From positions 3,072,001-3,136,000 of the forward strand of contig CBDCJH010000002.1 of assembly GCA_965217775.1 (NCBI GenBank): a stretch of 64,000 bases of DNA. Direction: 5' to 3'. Under the pieces are notes generated by a model, which saw only the letters and a program-made list of their open reading frames with translations, was not told the DNA's origin and searched no databases. The DNA is from Acidobacteriota bacterium (GTDB lineage Bacteria; Acidobacteriota; UBA6911; RPQK01; JAJDTT01). Positions 60,246 to 64,000 of the stretch are shown piece after piece (positions within the stretch are counted from its first letter, which is position 1; every line of letters begins with the position of its first letter). The position numbers and the translations under genes were made by a program.

Positions 60246-61051
60246 GTGGCCATGCATCGCTGAAACCACCATCCGATCCCGATTCGACGGTCGCCATTGA
60301 CGGCCTGACGTTCAGCTATGGCGGCAACCGGGTGCTGCACGGGCTGTCGTTCAAGCTGGGAAAAGGCGAGGTGGTGGGACTGCTGGGACCCAACGGCGCC
60401 GGCAAGAGCACGACGATCAAGGTCCTGACCGGGATCCTGCCGCCCGACGGCGGGTCGGTTCGCGTCGCCGGCTATTCCATGCCCGGCGAGGCCGTGGAGG
60501 CCAAGAAGCGGATCGGGTACGTTCCGGAAGCCGCGGCACTCTTCGAAAGCCTGTCGGGTCAGGAATTCCTGGAGCTCATGGGCCGCTTGCAGGAGGTACC
60601 GGAAGAGGTGCTTCAGTCCCGAATCGCCCGATTCCTCGAGCAATTCGACTTGGCGGGAGTCCGTCTCCGGCGTTTGGACGGCTACTCCAAGGGCATGCGC
60701 CAGAAAGTGCTCCTGAGCGCCGCCCTCCTTCACAATCCCGAGGTGTTGATGCTGGACGAGCCCCTCTCCGGGCTGGACGTCAACGCCGGACTCATGGTTC
60801 GGGACCTGATCGCCGCCCTGGCCGCGGAGGGCAAGACCGTACTCTACAGCTCGCACGTGCTGGACGTGGTGGAGCGGGTGTGCGACCGCGCCCTGATCGT
60901 CCATGAAGGCCGCCTCATCGCGGATGGGTCGCTCGAATCGCTGAAGTCTTCCACCCAAAGGGCCCGTCTCGAAGATGTCTTTCGCCAACTGACTCATGCA
61001 GAAGGGACGGTGAGCGGCGTTTCAGAAATCATCGAGGTTCTCCGGTCATGA
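60246..61051 (+). CDS. ABC transporter ATP-binding protein (start region apparently frameshifted)
   Basis: GPNGAGKST, YSKGMRQK, LDEP. Homology extends upstream of 60332 (VAIDGLTFSYG), but the GTG/ATG after RBS GGAGGT is 1 nt out of frame. Confidence 0.85.
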
Positions 61052-62753
61052 AGGCGCTCCTCATGAAGAAGCTTCGTTTGCTGGGCAAACGGCTGTTCCA
61101 CGGCCCGGAGTTCGCCTCGCTGCTTCGACGATGCGGCATCGAGCCCCACCGATACTGGATCCTGGTCGATCTGTTCGAGACGCTTGGCAAGCGGCAGGAA
61201 GTGACTCGGATGGGTTCCGACGCCTACACCATGCGCAGCTTCACTATCTTCTGGGTCTTTCTTTCTGGCGTATTGGGCGTCGTGATGGGAGCTCTCGGCT
61301 CCACCGCCGGAGTCTACCTCCTGGTCTTTCTCGCGCTCACCGCTTTCCAACTCAGCATGCTGCTGATCCCCGAGATCGCCGAGGGACTCGTGAACCCGGT
61401 CGAGGGGCTGATTCTGGCTCATCAGCCGGTCAACGGCGCCACTTGGTTGGCCGCCAAGCTGACCCATCTCATCAGGATCGTCGTCTACGTGGTGGCAGGG
61501 GTCAACGGCCTGCCGGCGCTCGTTCCCTTCTCGGTCCCAGCGGAGAAGGTTTCCGGCCATTCGTTTACCCCATCATGCATCTTCTGACGGCTCTCGGGGT
61601 CGGGCTGGTGGTCGGGTTCCTCTGTTGCAGCCTCTTCGGATGGTTGGTTCGCTTCGTTCCCGTCCGGCGGCTCAAGGCGGCCGCGGCCATGGCCCAAGTC
61701 ATCCCCATGCTCATTGCGCCGGGTATTCAGTTCTTGAGTGCGTCGGGTGCGTTGGTGAACGAGTTGCCGTGTTGGTTCATGTCCATCGAGCCGCCCGAAG
61801 CCTGGCTCGGAATCGGCGGCGCGGTTCCCGGGGGCTTCCCGGTTCTCCTGGCTGTGGTGGCCTTTGCTCTCACGACGGTCGCCGTCGTACCAGGTCTGCG
61901 GGCACTCTCCGTGGATCATCTGATCCGGGTATCGAGTCTGATGCATTCAGGTTCCAGGGTACGCAGGCGGGTACCGAAAGGATGGTCGATCGGGCCACGG
62001 ATCGCCAGGTTCGCCGGCGGTCAGGCCGCCCGCGCCGGTTACGAGTATCTGCGCTCAATGGTTTTGAGAGACTGGCAGTTCCGGAAGAACATGGCCATAA
62101 ATGCGCCGTATCTGTTCATCGGCCTCATCGTCCTGCTCGTTGCGGGCACTGAAACCACTCCATTTGCCACCGACTTCGCCTTCACTCACTTTCTGCCTCA
62201 TCTGATCGGAACGACGATTTTCTTCACTTGCCTCTACCTGGGGTATGGCAACGACTACAAGGCGGTCTGGTCGTTTACTATCGTTCCGGACTCTTCCTTC
62301 CGGCCGTTCGTGAGGGGAATCCATGCCGGACTCTGTTTCCTGCTGGTGGCCGTTCCCAACTTCTTCTGCCTTCTCGTGCTGGCTTGGTCCTGGGGCGTCA
62401 GAGATGCGCTGTGGGTCATCGCTTTCAGCACCGCCGTCGCCTCCCTGTATTTGGCAGTCGGCCTCAGACTGATCGACGGGCTCCCCTTCGGAAAACAGAC
62501 CCCGCCCGCTCGGCAGGTAATAACGTTAGCGATGACGATGATTTACCTCGTGGTCCTAAGTGTGGCCATCGGGATCCATTACCTCGTATTCCGTTCCGTG
62601 GTGGCGGTTGCCGCTGTGACGATCATCGTAAGTGTTGGGGCCTGCTTTCTGACGAGAGCGACGCTGGCCGATTTCGAGTCCCGTATTCGGCGCAGCCTGA
62701 ATCCGGGTGCGGTACGACAGTTTCTTGCCTTCGTCGAACAGAAAACGGAGTAG
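61048..62753 (+). pseudogene. Large ABC permease-like membrane protein, frameshift near 61530
   Basis: ORF 61048-61587 (LAHQPV...AAKL) continues in the frame of ORF 61131-62753 (RPFVYPIMHLL...); many TM segments. Confidence 0.75.
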
Positions 62754-62765
62754 ATGGGAGCACAC

Positions 62766-62807
62766 ATGAGACACGCATCCGTAACGTTGACAGTATTCGT
62801 ATTGTTA
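62766..62807 (+). pseudogene. 5' stub of a secreted-protein gene interrupted by a MITE
   Basis: RBS GGGAG, MRHASVTLTVFVLL, similar to MKHKSVTLTALVLF at 53103. Confidence 0.6.
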
Positions 62808-62897
62808 ACAGCCCGTGGTAAAAGTCCTCACGGCATTCGACCGTCCCTGCATCCCGGCGGACTGCGTTGCGACTCGGTCACATACTCCCGGTATGCT
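62806..62897. mobile_element. Left half of the MITE (copy of 2592-2683), interrupted by IS110
   Basis: Near-identical to 2592-2683; similarity stops exactly after GGTATGCT. Confidence 0.88.
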
Positions 62898-63238
62898 TGT
62901 CTGTTATTTCTTGTCTGTCTTTCTTCTTGGGGGGGTACAGATTGTGGTGTCAGCAAAAAGGGAGCACCCTGTGGGAAATCTTTGATTTTCCACAGGGGGG
63001 TTCCGGGTGACGAGGGGGCCTCGGGGCTCTCGTTTCAGGGATTTCAAGTGGGTATGTGTCTCTTTGCATCCGGGGGGTCTCAGGGGGGGCCGGCCCCCCC
63101 TGCCCCCGTCAACGCCGCCAGTGGCGACAGCAGGCGCAGGGCCGTGACCCAGCCATCGTCCAGGCTTGGCTCGGTGGCGCCGGCATGATTTCTGGTGGGT
63201 TATTCCGATACGGGTTGGGATCTTTTGGGAGGATCCAT

Positions 63239-63395
63239 CCGAGGCGCCTCTGGCCAGAGGCGCCTCGGCGGCGGTGGTCGGGCCGTTATGTATGCCGGCC
63301 GTCAAGGGCCGGGAGGGAGTGGGGCCGCCACCGTCTTTCCCAACGTCCTGAATGGATACGTGAGCGTCAAGGCTCGCACGACAAGCACAGGAGGA
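63239..63395 (+). ncRNA. Putative IS110 bridge RNA
   Basis: 5' 30-nt perfect palindrome, then two stem/internal-loop/hairpin modules, both capped by GTCAAG; loop guides match target and donor junction sequences. Confidence 0.82.
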
Positions 63396-63402
63396 AGGAA
63401 AG

Positions 63403-64000
63403 ATGACTCAGGATACCTCAAAGACGGTGGGTGTGGACATCTCGAAGGCGCATTTGGACGTGCACGAGTGGCCTTCGGGACGGTCGAAGCGGTTCCCCAA
63501 CGACACGGCAGGGTTCCAGGCCCTGGCCCGCTGGATCGGACCGGAGGTCCGGTGCGTGGTGTATGAGTCCACGGGCCCCTGGCACCGGGCGATGGAGGAA
63601 GCTCTGGCCGCTCGGTTGCCGCTGGCTCGGGTCAACGCGATGCGGGCGCGGCGGTTCGCGCAGGCGCTGGGCCAGGAGGCCAAGACCGACGCGGTGGATG
63701 CCCGGATCCTGGCCCGGATGGGGGAGGCGCTCCCGTTGCGGCGTGTGGACGTGTCCTCGCCCACGCAGCGCCAGTTGGAGGAACTGATCTCGGCGCGGGA
63801 CGGGCTGGTGAAGGATCGGACGGCGGCTCGCAACCGGAGCCACCACGCGCGCCACCCGATGGTGAAGCGGCATTTGCGACAGCGGCTGGCTCAGATTGAG
63901 CGCCAGATCCGGGCCCTGGACGGCGAGTTCCGCAAGTTGCTGAAAGCCGATCCGGCGCTGGCGCGCAAAGCCGAAGTGCTGACTTCGATTCCGGGAATGG
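63403..64000 (+). CDS. IS110 family DEDD transposase/recombinase (3' end outside window)
   Basis: Manual translation: MTQDTSKTVGVDISKAHLDV...VVYESTG...RVNAMRARRFA...AKTDAVDARILA...LTSIPG; RBS AGGAGGAAGGA. Confidence 0.95.
   Translation, partial: MTQDTSKTVGVDISKAHLDVHEWPSGRSKRFPNDTAGFQALARWIGPEVRCVVYESTGPWHRAMEEALAARLPLARVNAMRARRFAQALGQEAKTDAVDARILARMGEALPLRRVDVSSPTQRQLEELISARDGLVKDRTAARNRSHHARHPMVKRHLRQRLAQIERQIRALDGEFRKLLKADPALARKAEVLTSIPGM

Larger units (their letters stand above)
62896..64000 (+). mobile_element. IS110-family element (left end at CT core; right end outside window)
   Basis: Junction CT|TGTC matches the donor guide of the bridge RNA; DEDD recombinase downstream. Confidence 0.88.

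Overview
GC-rich bacterial chromosomal segment. The gene families (GWxTD, CRTAC1/ASPIC-UnbV, Oar-like TonB receptor, carboxypeptidase-regulatory+TPR, DUF1592/DUF1552, many Gfo/Idh/MocA) point to Acidobacteriota, possibly host- or sponge-associated (inference). Most of the window is catabolic and envelope genes, with tandem paralogues (Kelch pair, GH-like TIM-barrel pair), a decaying defence-like islet (XRE-S24, AlbA-HATPase, dual-OB, 2x DUF488, vapB), a decayed segmental duplication (52.2-53.4 kb vs 57.4-62.8 kb) and several frameshifted genes. The strongest signals are two RNA-guided mobile elements, each apparently programmed against a non-autonomous repeat of the same genome. (1) An IS110-family element starts at 62896; its readable bridge RNA (about 63239-63395) has target guides matching a 164-bp TA-flanked MITE. 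It sits inside one MITE copy, and an intact empty copy lies at 2592-2755. (2) A group II intron (32517-34433) is inserted in the loop of a GGAG-type REP palindrome, and its putative EBS1/EBS2 are complementary to the REP consensus. No rRNA, tRNA or CRISPR array was recognised. All family assignments are by motif recognition, not by database search.
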